DNA of 63,860 nucleotides, counting the filler, from the NCBI GenBank assembly GCA_964501035.1. It is 4 parts of 4 records of this genome, joined end to end, with 100 filler letters (N's around TTAATTAATTAA, not from the genome) between each part and the next. Parts side by side here need not be neighbours in the genome. Positions count along the whole stretch, not along the records: positions 16,871 to 33,409 come from CAZCRK010000035.1; 3 more parts are not named here. The stretch is one strand, 5' to 3'. The position numbers and the translations under genes were made by a program. Shown here piece after piece: positions 18,497-29,589 of this stretch. How positions within the stretch are numbered: the first letter of the stretch is position 1; each line of letters opens with the position of its first letter. The notes beneath the pieces were generated by a model, which searched no databases, was not told the DNA's origin, and worked only from the letters and a program-made list of their open reading frames with translations.

Positions 18497-19663
18497 TTAT
18501 TTTAAGGAATGTTTTAAGCGAGGGTCTTTCAAGGGTAATATTGGGCTGCCAAGATAATTTTTCCAGAAGAAAGCCATAAATATTCCTCCTATTCCAAGCA
18601 TGGTAGTTATATCCATCCAAGAGAAATGTACACCATGGTGCAAATATCCTGGCATTACATTCCAATACATATCAAGCCAATGCATGCAAATAAGTAGTCC
18701 TGCCATTCCACCAATAACAGAAAGATTGCGTTTTGCATTATGAAAAAGTAATATTAAAAATGGTGCAATAAAGTGTCCAGCAATAATAACTAATGAAAGT
18801 GTTTTCCAAGAGCCATTCCAACGTTCTAAAAACCACATCGTTTCTTCTGGAATATTCGTGTACCAAATTAAGAAGTATTGAGACCCAGCGATATATGCCC
18901 AAAATACAGTGAAACCAAATGCAATTCGACCCAAGTCGTGATAATGTTTAATACTAAATTCTTTATCTAAGATAGAACGATTACGTAAATACAATCCAAC
19001 TAGGATTGTAAAACATATCATTGTTAAATATGAACCACCAAAAATATAAACGCCAAACATCGTTGAAAACCAATGTGCTTCAAGAGACATTAACCAATCA
19101 AATGATGCAAAAGACACAGTTAATGCAAAGAGAAGGGTTCCAATAGCACTGGTACGTCTCATTTTAACATTACAACCTTCACATGAAGCCGAGAGTGATT
19201 GGTTTCTCAAGGTACGTGCAATTAAAAACCAAATTAAGAAATAACCAAAGGTTCGTAATAAGAAGAATGTTTCGTTTAAATATGCAGATTTTTTCTGCAA
19301 TAAAACATCATGTGCAACAGCATCATGATGCGACCAGTGATAGAGATCGTGGATTCCAAAAAGTGCAATTGGTATAAAAAATAAAGCAAGAATGGGCATT
19401 GACACCATCACCGCTTCTGCAATTCGTCTTAAAACAACACTCCATTCTGCGCCTGTTAAATGATGCATCAACACAAAGAATAAACCACCTAAACCAAGTG
19501 TGACCCAGAATGCAAATGCAACTAAATAAGAATGAAAAAACTGTTGACTATCCATAAAGTATGCCGGAATACAGAGTAATAACCCAATAATACCAATAAG
19601 AAAATGTTTCTTTGTAAGCCCTTTGGAGTCTTCAATAATAAAAGTTTCTTTACTTAATACCAT
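18497..19663 (-). CDS. actF: Alternative complex III subunit ActF
   Basis: Polytopic; DWLMSLEAHWFSTMFG, WYTNIPEE; last gene of the act operon. Confidence 0.88.
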   Translation of the reverse strand: MVLSKETFIIEDSKGLTKKHFLIGIIGLLLCIPAYFMDSQQFFHSYLVAFAFWVTLGLGGLFFVLMHHLTGAEWSVVLRRIAEAVMVSMPILALFFIPIALFGIHDLYHWSHHDAVAHDVLLQKKSAYLNETFFLLRTFGYFLIWFLIARTLRNQSLSASCEGCNVKMRRTSAIGTLLFALTVSFASFDWLMSLEAHWFSTMFGVYIFGGSYLTMICFTILVGLYLRNRSILDKEFSIKHYHDLGRIAFGFTVFWAYIAGSQYFLIWYTNIPEETMWFLERWNGSWKTLSLVIIAGHFIAPFLILLFHNAKRNLSVIGGMAGLLICMHWLDMYWNVMPGYLHHGVHFSWMDITTMLGIGGIFMAFFWKNYLGSPILPLKDPRLKHSLK

Positions 19664-20266
19664 TTAGTTCATGTCCTTATTATTATCAGATTGAAGCGTT
19701 GTTAATTTATTCTTTTCATTTAACTGTAACGCACGCACATATGCAACAATAGCCCACCTATCTTTAACTGGAATTTGATGTGCGTAAGATGGCATAATAG
19801 CACTTCCATTTGAAATGATATCATACAATTTTCCATCTAACATATTTATCACTCTCTCTAAATGCATGGATGCTGATAAAGGATATCCATATTGGGTAAC
19901 TATACCATCACCATATCCGATTTCACTATGACACGGTGCACAGAAAATATCATACCGTTCTTGCCCTCTCTCGATGTCATGCACTTGAACATCAAACGGA
20001 ATGGAAGCAATAAAGTTATCATTTTTATCTTTGCCTTCATAAAATTTTGAATCTGCTCTCAATTCCCCTCTTGCAATGGTACCTTCTACAGGTGTTCGCA
20101 TTGTCATTTTATCTGCAAAGAAAGCACTTTCAGATTGAGGGTCGTAACGTTCAACGGAATCCATGTTTGGATTTAAATGAATGGGCGGTTTTTTAGAAAG
20201 TGAACCTTGGCATCCAATGAGCAAAATTAAAGAAATAATAAGTATATTGTTTATATAGTTTTTCAT
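19664..20266 (-). CDS. actE: Alternative complex III monoheme lipoprotein ActE
   Basis: Lipobox LIGC, PVEGTIARG, RGQERY..FCAPCH, MPSY, RWAIVAYVRALQ. Confidence 0.88.
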   Translation of the reverse strand: MKNYINNILIISLILLIGCQGSLSKKPPIHLNPNMDSVERYDPQSESAFFADKMTMRTPVEGTIARGELRADSKFYEGKDKNDNFIASIPFDVQVHDIERGQERYDIFCAPCHSEIGYGDGIVTQYGYPLSASMHLERVINMLDGKLYDIISNGSAIMPSYAHQIPVKDRWAIVAYVRALQLNEKNKLTTLQSDNNKDMN

Positions 20267-20267
20267 A

Positions 20268-20795
20268 TTAATTATGTATAATCTCCAAATTAGATCCACC
20301 GAGGGATTCTAAAAATTTAACTGTATCTTTTTCGTTATAATTTGTATCATCGCTCTCAATACAAATAAAGAAGCCATCATCAGTTGCTTTTTCAAAATTA
20401 ACTGAATTAAATAATGGATGATGATAGGTTGGTAATTTATTTAAACCAAACATGCCAAATACAGATGCAAACGCACCACCAATAACCATAAGACCAAATG
20501 TAATTATGATAAATGCTTGCCAGCTAAATAAAGGTTTTCCTGAAATCACCATTGGGTAGGCAATTACGCTAGACCACCATTGCAAGCCTAATCCAATTGC
20601 AGCTCCTAGAAATGCTGAAATTCCGACTAAATAACCTAAGATAGATCTTTTCAGTCCCATAGCATCATCCAGGCCATGAATAGGAAAAGGTGAATAGCAA
20701 TCAAATTTTGTAATTCCTTTATCTCTGACTTTTTCAGCAGCATGAAGTAATTCTGCAGGATTTTTAAATTGAGCTAAAACTCCAAAAGTACTCAT
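20268..20795 (-). CDS. actD: Alternative complex III subunit ActD (DUF3341)
   Basis: YSPFPIHGLDDAMG, ISGKPLFS, two TM segments. Confidence 0.88.
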   Translation of the reverse strand: MSTFGVLAQFKNPAELLHAAEKVRDKGITKFDCYSPFPIHGLDDAMGLKRSILGYLVGISAFLGAAIGLGLQWWSSVIAYPMVISGKPLFSWQAFIIITFGLMVIGGAFASVFGMFGLNKLPTYHHPLFNSVNFEKATDDGFFICIESDDTNYNEKDTVKFLESLGGSNLEIIHN

Positions 20796-22213
20796 TATTT
20801 ATCCTCCGAATGATAGTTATGTGGATCTGCTTGTGGTAAAACTCCTTTTACTTCAGCTATTGAAATCATTGGTAAAAATCTTAAGAATAATAGAAAGAAA
20901 GTAAAGAACAAACCAAAAGAACCAACAAAAGTAATTATATCCCAAAATGTTGGTGAGAAGTAATCCCAATTTGCTGGTAAGAAATCTCTAGAAAGAGAAG
21001 TTGCAGTAATAACAAATCTCTCAAACCACATTCCAATATTTATAAAGATGGAAGCAATAAAGAGGACTTTCGTATTTCTACGTAGTTTTTGTGACCAAAA
21101 CAATTGTGGTACTAGCACATTGCAAGAAATCATAGTCCAGTAAGCCCATGCATACGGACCAAATGCTCTATTAACGAAAGCAAATGCTTCATAAATATTT
21201 CCACTATACCATGCTATAAAAAATTCCATAGAATAAGCATAACCAACCATGGAACCTGTTACAAGCATGATTTTCGCCATTTTATCAAAATGATTATTTG
21301 TGATAAAATCTTTCAATCCAAAGAATTTACGTGCTGGAATAGCCAAGGTCGTAACCATTGCAAATCCTGAAAATACAGCTCCTGCCACAAAATAAGGTGG
21401 GAATATAGTTGTATGCCAACCGGGAACTAAACTTGTTGCAAAGTCAGTACTCACAACTGAGTGCACAGAAAGTACAAGTGGAGTTGCTAAACCTGCCAAC
21501 ATCAGATAAGCTAATTCATAATGTTGCCAATGTCTATTACTACCTCTCCAACCTAAAGAAAACAATCCAAGCACAATTTTTCGTGTACGAGTTTTAGCTC
21601 TATCTCTAAGTGTAGCTAAATCTGGAATTAAACCAACATACCAAAACAATAATGATACAGTAAAATATATACTTACAGCAAAAACATCCCACAATAATGG
21701 GCTTCGAAAGTTAGGCCACATTGCCATTTGGTTTGGCAAAGGTAACATATAATATGCCATCCAAATTCTACCGACATGAATTCCTGGAAATAATAAAGCA
21801 CAAATTACTGCAAAAATAGTCATGGCTTCAGCAAATCTATTAATCGAAGTTCGCCATTGTTGTCTAAACAAAAACAATACAGCTGAAATTAGTGTACCAG
21901 CATGTCCAATTCCAACCCAAAATACAAAATTAACAATTGCCCATCCCCAACCAACAGGATTATTTAACCCCCAAATTCCAGTTCCTTCCCAAACTAAGAA
22001 TCCAACTGAGCCTAATAAAATCATTAACACTGAAGTTGCTAGCCCGAACCCAATATACCAAGCTTGAGGTGTTTTGCCTTCAATGATACGACTTATTTTT
22101 TCAGTTACTGAATTAAAAGATTGTCCACCAGTAATGAGTTCTTCTCGTTGGAGTGCTGGAGCATTCACAGCTAATGCTTCATCTGGTGTTCTTTGTGGTG
22201 TGTTTTCTTTCAT
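20795..22213 (-). CDS. actC: Alternative complex III quinol-binding subunit ActC (NrfD family)
   Basis: [43 protein letters not shown]. Confidence 0.93.
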   Translation of the reverse strand: MKENTPQRTPDEALAVNAPALQREELITGGQSFNSVTEKISRIIEGKTPQAWYIGFGLATSVLMILLGSVGFLVWEGTGIWGLNNPVGWGWAIVNFVFWVGIGHAGTLISAVLFLFRQQWRTSINRFAEAMTIFAVICALLFPGIHVGRIWMAYYMLPLPNQMAMWPNFRSPLLWDVFAVSIYFTVSLLFWYVGLIPDLATLRDRAKTRTRKIVLGLFSLGWRGSNRHWQHYELAYLMLAGLATPLVLSVHSVVSTDFATSLVPGWHTTIFPPYFVAGAVFSGFAMVTTLAIPARKFFGLKDFITNNHFDKMAKIMLVTGSMVGYAYSMEFFIAWYSGNIYEAFAFVNRAFGPYAWAYWTMISCNVLVPQLFWSQKLRRNTKVLFIASIFINIGMWFERFVITATSLSRDFLPANWDYFSPTFWDIITFVGSFGLFFTFFLLFLRFLPMISIAEVKGVLPQADPHNYHSEDK

Positions 22214-22227
22214 AAATTCATCGACCC

Positions 22228-25200
22228 TTACGAATTAAGTTCTGGATTTGGATTTCGAAGTTTTGCAAGATATGTTGTTCTTGTTCCGAGGTTTAATTCA
22301 CCCAGAAGTTGATAATTCTTGTTTTGCTCTTTCAATTTAGATACTCGACTATTTGGATCATTAATATTTCCGAAAACAATAGCATCAGATGGACAAGTTT
22401 GTTGACATGCTGAAATAACATCACCATCTTGCAAATCGTTTCCATTGTTTTTAGCTGTTATCTCAACCTTTTTAATACGTTGAACACAGTAAGTACATTT
22501 TTCCATTACACCTCTAAAACGAACAGTAACATCTGGATTTTGAGCCATTTGCACAACTTCTGGAGTATCTTTCGTATAGTTAAAGAAATTAAATCGTCTT
22601 ACTTTATACGGACAATTGTTTGCACAATACCGTGTTCCAATACAACGATTATATACCATTGTATTCAATCCTTCATCATCATGCGTAGTGGCAGCAACTG
22701 GGCACACTGCTTCACATGGTGCCATTTCACAATGTTGACATGCTACAGGCTGTAAGGAAACATCTGGATTATCAATGTCGTCACCTTTGAAATATCTATC
22801 AATTCTAATCCAAGACATTTCACGACCTTTTTCAACTTCTTCTTTTCCAACTACAGGGATGTTATTTTCACTTTGACAAGCTATACTACAAGAATTACAT
22901 CCGTTACAGACGTTTAAATCAATTGCCATACCCCATTGGTATCCTGTATCGTATTTATGTCGTTCCCACATCGATGGTAATTCACCATCTTTTTCAATCG
23001 TTTGTTCTGCATACGCTTTTGCAAAATCTGGATTTGATTTATATTCTTCTAAAGTGGATTCACGAACTAAATCAGGAAGCCGCTCTTGAATTGCATCTTT
23101 AGCAAGTGTTTCTAAGTCCATCCCATGATGATCTTGCGTTGATGCAATATTTGCAAACTTAGAAGTACCTATAATTGAAATCCCAGAAATTTGTGAAGAA
23201 CCAAAAGCAGATAAAGCTTGAACATCACTTCCTACTGAGTCTGCAATTCTACCATTCATCTTACGACCATAGCCATAGGTTAACGTAATAGAATTATCTG
23301 CATGTCCTGGCATTATCCACACTGGAATAGTAATAGTTCCATGGTCTGATGTTAACTCTATAACTTGTTCATTTTTCAAGTTTAACTTTTGTGCAGTATT
23401 CAAACTTATTTGTGCAACGTTATCCCATGTAACTTTTGTAACAGGATCTGGACTTTCCATCATCCATCCATTATTTGAAAATTGCCCATCAAAAGTTGAG
23501 CTTGATGGCAAAATATTTACTTCAATATTGTCATCATTAACAAATGCTGTAAATGTTTTCAAATTTTGTGAAAGTCGACTTGCATTCAATCTGACTTTTG
23601 ATGGTCTAAAGTTGCTATCTGCAAGAATACCATCATGAAGTGTTTTATTCCATTTATTTTCATTTGAACGTGAAAATGTGAAAAATGTATTTTTCACATA
23701 ATCATGAGAAGAAACTTCTACACCTAATAATAGATTTAGAACTTCTAGTTGAGATTTTGAATCATAGAGTGGTGCAATCAATGGCTGTACTGTACTATAT
23801 GTACCATCAAAAGAACGAGCATCTCCCCAACTCTCTAAAATATGTGATTCAGGTAAGTGCCAATTTGAAATTTGAGCTGTTTCGTCGAAGTGAGTTCCAA
23901 TGTGAATTGAATTTTTAACATTTAACAAAGCATTACTAAAATCTAAATTTTGTGCATCATAAACAGGATTAACACCCAACATTATACACGTCGTAAAATG
24001 CTTATTATTCATTTGAGAAACAACATTGGCTAACTCTTGATAATTTGGGAGAACCATTTCATCGGTTGCATAATAAGAAATAGTTTGATTATTATTTTTT
24101 AACGACTCGTTTATTGCAAACACCAATGCGTGAACCTCAGGTGTTTGGTTCCTGCCTGCAATAATTAAACTTTTTCCCTTTGCATTTGATAAGTCTTTTG
24201 CAAGCACTTTTAAGAATTTATTATCTGCTTTATGTTTACCAAATCCAGCAATAGAAGTTTGGCTTACAATATTATTCCCCATTTTTCGCAACTCATTTGC
24301 TAATTCCGCTAAGAAAGATGGAATTTTTGAAGATTGTAATCTTAATCTGTGATCAGCCATGCTTCCAGTAACAGAAATTGCAGACTCGATAGCGTAAAGA
24401 CGATTCATGTCGTCTGATTCGCTTTCTACCCTTCGTTTACTTGAAAAACTTTGAGAATTATGAATACTATTACTTTCTAAATTCATAAAATCAGAATCAA
24501 GTGAAAGAACGACATCTGCTTTATCAAAATGATACACAGGTTGATATCTTTTTCCTGTTGCTATATGTATTCCGTTATAAATATTTTCATCACTTACAGC
24601 ATCATAACTAATCCACTTAGCTCTTGGATATTTCTTTGTAAACTGTTTTTTTGCACGTAAATATGATGGAGAGTTTATTGAATGCGAAACTACCAACAAT
24701 CCTTTACCCTTCGTTTCTTCGTATTCTAAAGAAATATTATTCCATGCAGTTGAAAAATCTTCCCAGGTTCGGTCAGACTCGTTTTCTAAAGGTGTTTTTG
24801 ATCTGTCCGGATCGTATAAATTTAAAATTGAAGCTTGAGTAAAAGTATTTGCTTTTCCTAAAGATGCTGGATGAAGCTTATTACCTTCTATCTTCGTGGG
24901 TCTTCCTTCATGTGATTCTACAACTATCCCTACAGAATTTAGACCAAACGCAATTGTAGTAGCATAATAATTAGGAATTCCAGGAATAACATTTTCGGGT
25001 GCAGAAACATAAGGCATTATTTTTTCAACGGGTCTTCTGCAACCTACCAAACCTGCCATCGCCATTGATGCACCCATTAAAGATAAAAACTTTTTACGGG
25101 AAATTGTTGATGGCAATTCTTCAGTTCCACTTGGAAATTCATTTTGCAAGAATGAATTAAATTTTTCAGTATTGGCTAGTTCATTTAAACTTTTCCAATA

Positions 25201-25233
25201 TTTTTTACCCTTTAAATTTTTAATATCAATCAT
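22228..25233 (-). CDS. actB: Alternative complex III subunit ActB (molybdopterin-oxidoreductase-like plus Fe-S domain)
   Basis: YWKSL, EF motif, Tat-like lipoprotein signal, [43 protein letters not shown] overlap with the actA stop. Confidence 0.92.
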   Translation of the reverse strand: MIDIKNLKGKKYWKSLNELANTEKFNSFLQNEFPSGTEELPSTISRKKFLSLMGASMAMAGLVGCRRPVEKIMPYVSAPENVIPGIPNYYATTIAFGLNSVGIVVESHEGRPTKIEGNKLHPASLGKANTFTQASILNLYDPDRSKTPLENESDRTWEDFSTAWNNISLEYEETKGKGLLVVSHSINSPSYLRAKKQFTKKYPRAKWISYDAVSDENIYNGIHIATGKRYQPVYHFDKADVVLSLDSDFMNLESNSIHNSQSFSSKRRVESESDDMNRLYAIESAISVTGSMADHRLRLQSSKIPSFLAELANELRKMGNNIVSQTSIAGFGKHKADNKFLKVLAKDLSNAKGKSLIIAGRNQTPEVHALVFAINESLKNNNQTISYYATDEMVLPNYQELANVVSQMNNKHFTTCIMLGVNPVYDAQNLDFSNALLNVKNSIHIGTHFDETAQISNWHLPESHILESWGDARSFDGTYSTVQPLIAPLYDSKSQLEVLNLLLGVEVSSHDYVKNTFFTFSRSNENKWNKTLHDGILADSNFRPSKVRLNASRLSQNLKTFTAFVNDDNIEVNILPSSSTFDGQFSNNGWMMESPDPVTKVTWDNVAQISLNTAQKLNLKNEQVIELTSDHGTITIPVWIMPGHADNSITLTYGYGRKMNGRIADSVGSDVQALSAFGSSQISGISIIGTSKFANIASTQDHHGMDLETLAKDAIQERLPDLVRESTLEEYKSNPDFAKAYAEQTIEKDGELPSMWERHKYDTGYQWGMAIDLNVCNGCNSCSIACQSENNIPVVGKEEVEKGREMSWIRIDRYFKGDDIDNPDVSLQPVACQHCEMAPCEAVCPVAATTHDDEGLNTMVYNRCIGTRYCANNCPYKVRRFNFFNYTKDTPEVVQMAQNPDVTVRFRGVMEKCTYCVQRIKKVEITAKNNGNDLQDGDVISACQQTCPSDAIVFGNINDPNSRVSKLKEQNKNYQLLGELNLGTRTTYLAKLRNPNPELNS

Positions 25234-25877
25234 CTGTGACATCCTGTACAATCTTCTGGTGGAGTAATATTTCTATCTTTAATGAGTTGTTTTCCAATCT
25301 CAGCTTGATTTTCATCAGCAATCCAAGTCATATCTGTTACCTTATTCAAAGGACGTAAATGTTGGGAGGGGTCTCTATGACATTCCAAACACCAAGCCAT
25401 ACTTAAGGATTCTACTTGATGTACAACGTCCATTTGATCAACTCTACCATGACACGAACTACAACCAACACCCACATTTATATGAGCAGAATGATTAAAG
25501 TAAGCATAATCTGGTACTTTATGGATTCGGATCCACTCAATAGGTGTATTTGTTTCCCAACTGTCATTCACTAAAGTAAGTGCATCACTATCATTTTTAA
25601 CTATCTTATGACAATTCATACATGTTTGTGTTGATGGAATGGAAGCATAATTAGATTCTTCTACACTTGTATGACAATAACGACAATCTATATTCAATTT
25701 ACCAGCATGAAGTTTATGAGAATATTGTACTGGTTGTACTGGTTGATAACCTGCATCAGTAAACTTAGGCGACGCATAATAATAGAAGAAGAAAATAATT
25801 CCTAAAACTAGAAGGACTTTAATTGCTAATACATATATGGGCGCTTTGTTTGCCCACTTTGGAAAAATCTGTGCCGT
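25230..25877 (-). CDS. actA: Alternative complex III pentaheme cytochrome ActA (apparent ACG start)
   Basis: Five CxxCH motifs; frame is open 60 codons beyond the track's TTG, back to ACG-GCA-CAG-ATT-TTT-CCA with SD AAGGAG 7 nt upstream, and includes the TM helix and QPV.YSHKLHAG. Confidence 0.88.
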   Translation of the reverse strand, partial: TAQIFPKWANKAPIYVLAIKVLLVLGIIFFFYYYASPKFTDAGYQPVQPVQYSHKLHAGKLNIDCRYCHTSVEESNYASIPSTQTCMNCHKIVKNDSDALTLVNDSWETNTPIEWIRIHKVPDYAYFNHSAHINVGVGCSSCHGRVDQMDVVHQVESLSMAWCLECHRDPSQHLRPLNKVTDMTWIADENQAEIGKQLIKDRNITPPEDCTGCHR

Positions 25878-26014
25878 GGCTAATCTCCTTGTAAAATAAT
25901 GTTGCTAATCAATAGTGATAATGAATTTTAATCTAAATTGTGATATTTAGACTCAAATATATCTTTGAATTTATTAAGCATATTAAAAACTGTGCAAGAA
26001 ATTAAGTGTATAAT

Positions 26015-27016
26015 TTAAATATTTTTATCTTTTAAAATGCGAGATATCAAAACTTTATTCGTTGAATTGATGCGTTCGTCTTTCTCATGATTTCTCAAAT
26101 TGTTTAGTTTTTGTGTTGATTTCTTAGAAACTTCTGTCCATTCGTTAAAAAACTTACCGCTTTGTATTTCGGTTAATATAGCTTTCATCTCATCCTTTAC
26201 TTTTGTAGAAATTATACGCTGTCCTCTTGTCATTCCACCATATTCAGCAGTATCACTGATTGCATTATTCATATATTCAAACCCTTTATCATAAAACATA
26301 TCCATCATAGATTTAATTTCATAATAACTCACAAACCAAGCAGTAACAGGCGAATATCCTGATTCTACGAGTATTTCAAATGTTGCTTGAATTAATTTAG
26401 GTAGACCACCAGTTAATAAAACTTGTTCGCCAAATAAATCGGTTTCGGTTTCTTCTTTAAAAGTTGAAAAAAAAGTACCAATTTTTGAACCACCAATGGC
26501 CTTACTATAAGCAAGAACAAGTTTTTTCGAAGTGCATGTATAATCTTGATGAATAGCTACTAAATTAGGAATCCCACTTCCTGACTTATACTTACTTCTG
26601 ACTTGTGAACCCGGTCCACTCGGTGCTACCATTATAATATTTACATTTTTAGGAGGCAATATTACTTTATAATGAATGCTGTATCCATGAGCAAATAATA
26701 GCGTTTGATTATTTTTCAAGAAGGGTTTAATGCTTTTATTAAAACATCTTTCAATTTCTTGATCTGGAATTAGGATGCAAATGATATCTGCCCACTTTGT
26801 TGCATATTCTATATCAAACGCTTCAATTCCATCATATTTCGATGTTTCAAAACTTTTACTTTTGCTTCTCAAACCGATTTTTACAGAAAACCCAGAGTCC
26901 AACAAGTTTAAGGCATGTGCTCTTCCTTGATTGCCATAACCAATTACAGCAATATTTTTATCCTTAAGAGGTTGCAAACTGATATCATTATCTGTATAAA
27001 TCTTGGGTAATCTCAT
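26015..27016 (-). CDS. ilvC: Ketol-acid reductoisomerase
   Basis: IGYGNQGRAHALNL, FAHG, VAPSGPG, ETETDLFGEQ, SDTAEYG. Confidence 0.92.
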   Translation of the reverse strand: MRLPKIYTDNDISLQPLKDKNIAVIGYGNQGRAHALNLLDSGFSVKIGLRSKSKSFETSKYDGIEAFDIEYATKWADIICILIPDQEIERCFNKSIKPFLKNNQTLLFAHGYSIHYKVILPPKNVNIIMVAPSGPGSQVRSKYKSGSGIPNLVAIHQDYTCTSKKLVLAYSKAIGGSKIGTFFSTFKEETETDLFGEQVLLTGGLPKLIQATFEILVESGYSPVTAWFVSYYEIKSMMDMFYDKGFEYMNNAISDTAEYGGMTRGQRIISTKVKDEMKAILTEIQSGKFFNEWTEVSKKSTQKLNNLRNHEKDERINSTNKVLISRILKDKNI

Positions 27017-27030
27017 GAACTAACTTTCAA

Positions 27031-29253
27031 TCATGTATTTTTACTAAACATAAATTTTGGTTTTAGGGTATTTATTAAAACAGGGAGTAATATAATAGAT
27101 GCTATTAAGGCGACTATAATAATTATAGTGGCTAACAAACCGAATTCTTCGTTAGGTACAAATTCTGAAAATATTAAAACAAAAAAACCCATTCCTAAAA
27201 TTATTGTCGTATTTAAAATTGCTTTACCTGTTGTTAATAAAGTTCGTTCAGTAGCAGCTTTATGATTTCTTGATTGCAGATATTCTTTACGAAACCGAGA
27301 TAGGAAATGAATTGTATCGTCAACTGTAATACCTAGAGCAATGGAAAAGGTCATTGCTGTTGATGGGCGTAGCTTTATCCCTAAATACCCCATTAATCCG
27401 CCAGCAACAAACAAGGGTAAAATGATTGGTGTTACTGATAAAAGTGACAACCAAAAAGACCTAAATAAAAGTGTCATTGAAATAAATATAACTACAAAGG
27501 CAATAAAAAAACTTGTAGTTAAATTAGTTACTAAATGTTTGTTAGTTTTTAAAGCTAATAACGTTGTGCTTGTGACACCTATTTCAAATGTGGCATCAAA
27601 AATATTGGATGCTTCCTTTAGTATATTTTGCTTAATGATGTCAGCTCTTTTTGTATTTAAATTACTAATTTTTGCACTAATTTTTACATTATTTTTCGGA
27701 GAAACAAAAGGTGAATTTCTGCTTAATAAATACGATTGAATGTCTTGTTCGTTTGGTAATTTAAATTCTCCGTATAAAACCTCGTTTTGTAATTTCAAAT
27801 GATCTACAATTGAAACTACCGTACTGATCTCAGGGATTGTCATTAAATATTGTGAAAATGTTTCAATATTGATTAACAACTTTTCATTTATCTCTAATGG
27901 TGTATCATTATTTCGAATAATAATATCAAAAGGGAATGTACCTCCATATTCATTTTCAATAAATTGAATGTCGTCATAAATTTTGTTTCCAGGTTTTAGG
28001 TCATCCAGTATCGAAGCATTATAGTCCATGCGATTTAACCCAACAATTGATAAGCAAAATAAAATCCCTGTAATACTTAATATACTTTTGGGGTGCAAAT
28101 TATTCCACTTATTTAACTTCTCTGCTGTCTGTAATCTTCCTCCAACAATTAAACGTTTAATGTGATTTTTATCGGGTATATCAATTAAACTTAACAAAAC
28201 TGGCATTATAACAATAGTAAGTATAAACAAAAGAATTACTCCGAAACCTAAAGTCACTCCAAATTCTTTTGTAATTCTTATATTAGTAAATATGAGTGAA
28301 AAAAAGCCTATCGCTGTAGTAAAACTTGTTAAAAATAGTGCTCCACCAATATCATTTACGACTTCTTTCAATGCTTGGTTTTTAGCTAGGTTTTTATTTA
28401 GACCTTCATGATACTTAATAAGCAAGTGAATTGCATCCGCAACTCCTATAATCATAAGCAAATTAAAAGTTAAATAAGAGATTACATTAATTGATATTCC
28501 AAACATTGCCATTATACCTGCAACCCAAATTAATGTGGTTGAAATAGCTATTAATGGAATCACAACTCCCTTTATTTGGCGAAATGTAAACGAAAGAACT
28601 GCAATAACAACAAGAAAAGCAAGAGGAAGGAAAATCATTCTTTCATGAATAACTAAATCAATATATTTGGTTCTCATAACAGGCATTCCACCTATATGCC
28701 AATCCCAATCTGTTTGATTTAGAGTTTTCTCTACTTCATGTAATACAACTCTGCGATCTTTTTGTGATTGAACTTCATCACTCAAATGTAAAATGATTGA
28801 TGTATTTTTGTTCTTGGATAAAAACATCTTTGAATAAAATGGATGATTTTCAAACTGCTTTACCTCTTCATTCCAAATAGTTTGTGGTACATCAACATTT
28901 TGAAGAATATTGATTGGAAGATTTGAAATACTAAAAACATCTTTAACACCATCAATAAATTCAAGTTCTTCGTTAACTAATGCATTTTCTTCAAACCTTA
29001 TCTTAGAAAAAAGACTGTCACAACTGTACACTATTAAAATTACATTTTCCTCTATTCCAAATTCATCAATATACTCTTCATAATAAGATCTGTCTTTATC
29101 ATTTTCAGGAAACATCTGTTCGAGTGAGAAGTCAACTTCTAATTTTTTCTTTGAAAAAAATGCTGTATAGCCAAAATAAATAGTAATCAGAAAAACTAGG
29201 CCAAGTATAATTTTTGGATATTTGAGAATTATCTTTGCTAATTTGTTTAACAT
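27031..29253 (-). CDS. MMPL/RND-family exporter
   Basis: Duplicated 6-TM halves with GVADAIHL and GITVDDTIHF motifs. Confidence 0.85.
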   Translation of the reverse strand: MLNKLAKIILKYPKIILGLVFLITIYFGYTAFFSKKKLEVDFSLEQMFPENDKDRSYYEEYIDEFGIEENVILIVYSCDSLFSKIRFEENALVNEELEFIDGVKDVFSISNLPINILQNVDVPQTIWNEEVKQFENHPFYSKMFLSKNKNTSIILHLSDEVQSQKDRRVVLHEVEKTLNQTDWDWHIGGMPVMRTKYIDLVIHERMIFLPLAFLVVIAVLSFTFRQIKGVVIPLIAISTTLIWVAGIMAMFGISINVISYLTFNLLMIIGVADAIHLLIKYHEGLNKNLAKNQALKEVVNDIGGALFLTSFTTAIGFFSLIFTNIRITKEFGVTLGFGVILLFILTIVIMPVLLSLIDIPDKNHIKRLIVGGRLQTAEKLNKWNNLHPKSILSITGILFCLSIVGLNRMDYNASILDDLKPGNKIYDDIQFIENEYGGTFPFDIIIRNNDTPLEINEKLLINIETFSQYLMTIPEISTVVSIVDHLKLQNEVLYGEFKLPNEQDIQSYLLSRNSPFVSPKNNVKISAKISNLNTKRADIIKQNILKEASNIFDATFEIGVTSTTLLALKTNKHLVTNLTTSFFIAFVVIFISMTLLFRSFWLSLLSVTPIILPLFVAGGLMGYLGIKLRPSTAMTFSIALGITVDDTIHFLSRFRKEYLQSRNHKAATERTLLTTGKAILNTTIILGMGFFVLIFSEFVPNEEFGLLATIIIIVALIASIILLPVLINTLKPKFMFSKNT

Positions 29254-29306
29254 ATATGCACTATTTATTTCTGATAAACTATTAAATCAATTGTTCTGTA
29301 ATTCTT

Positions 29307-29588
29307 TTAAGGTAATTTAATCTTACGATTTTCTAATTTTTCATTTTGTCTAAACAATGTCACAATATTGCCAATGGAACCAACTAAGTAACAATTTAAT
29401 TTTTGAGTTATAAATTCAGAAAATTCTTTTTTATCACCTTTAATTTTCACTTTTATCAATTCATGTGCATTTAGAGCTACATGAATACTATGAATAGTTC
29501 CTTCCGTAATCCCATTTTTTCCAATATTCACGACAGGTTTAAAAGAGTGAGCTAAACCTCTAAGGTAATGTCTTTGTTTGCTATTCAT
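29307..29588 (-). CDS. yhbY: YhbY family RNA-binding protein
   Basis: KQRHYLRGLAH..KPVVNIGKNG, HELIKVK. Confidence 0.9.
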   Translation of the reverse strand: MNSKQRHYLRGLAHSFKPVVNIGKNGITEGTIHSIHVALNAHELIKVKIKGDKKEFSEFITQKLNCYLVGSIGNIVTLFRQNEKLENRKIKLP

Positions 29589-29589
29589 A

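Noticed and set aside
20795..25233. Polysulfide reductase (psr) call
   Set aside because: Flanking actA, actD, actE and actF and the fused ActB architecture indicate alternative complex III.
25911..25960. Fur-like box and 7-bp inverted repeat upstream of actA
   Set aside because: Only about 13/19 match in very AT-rich DNA; not distinguishable from background.
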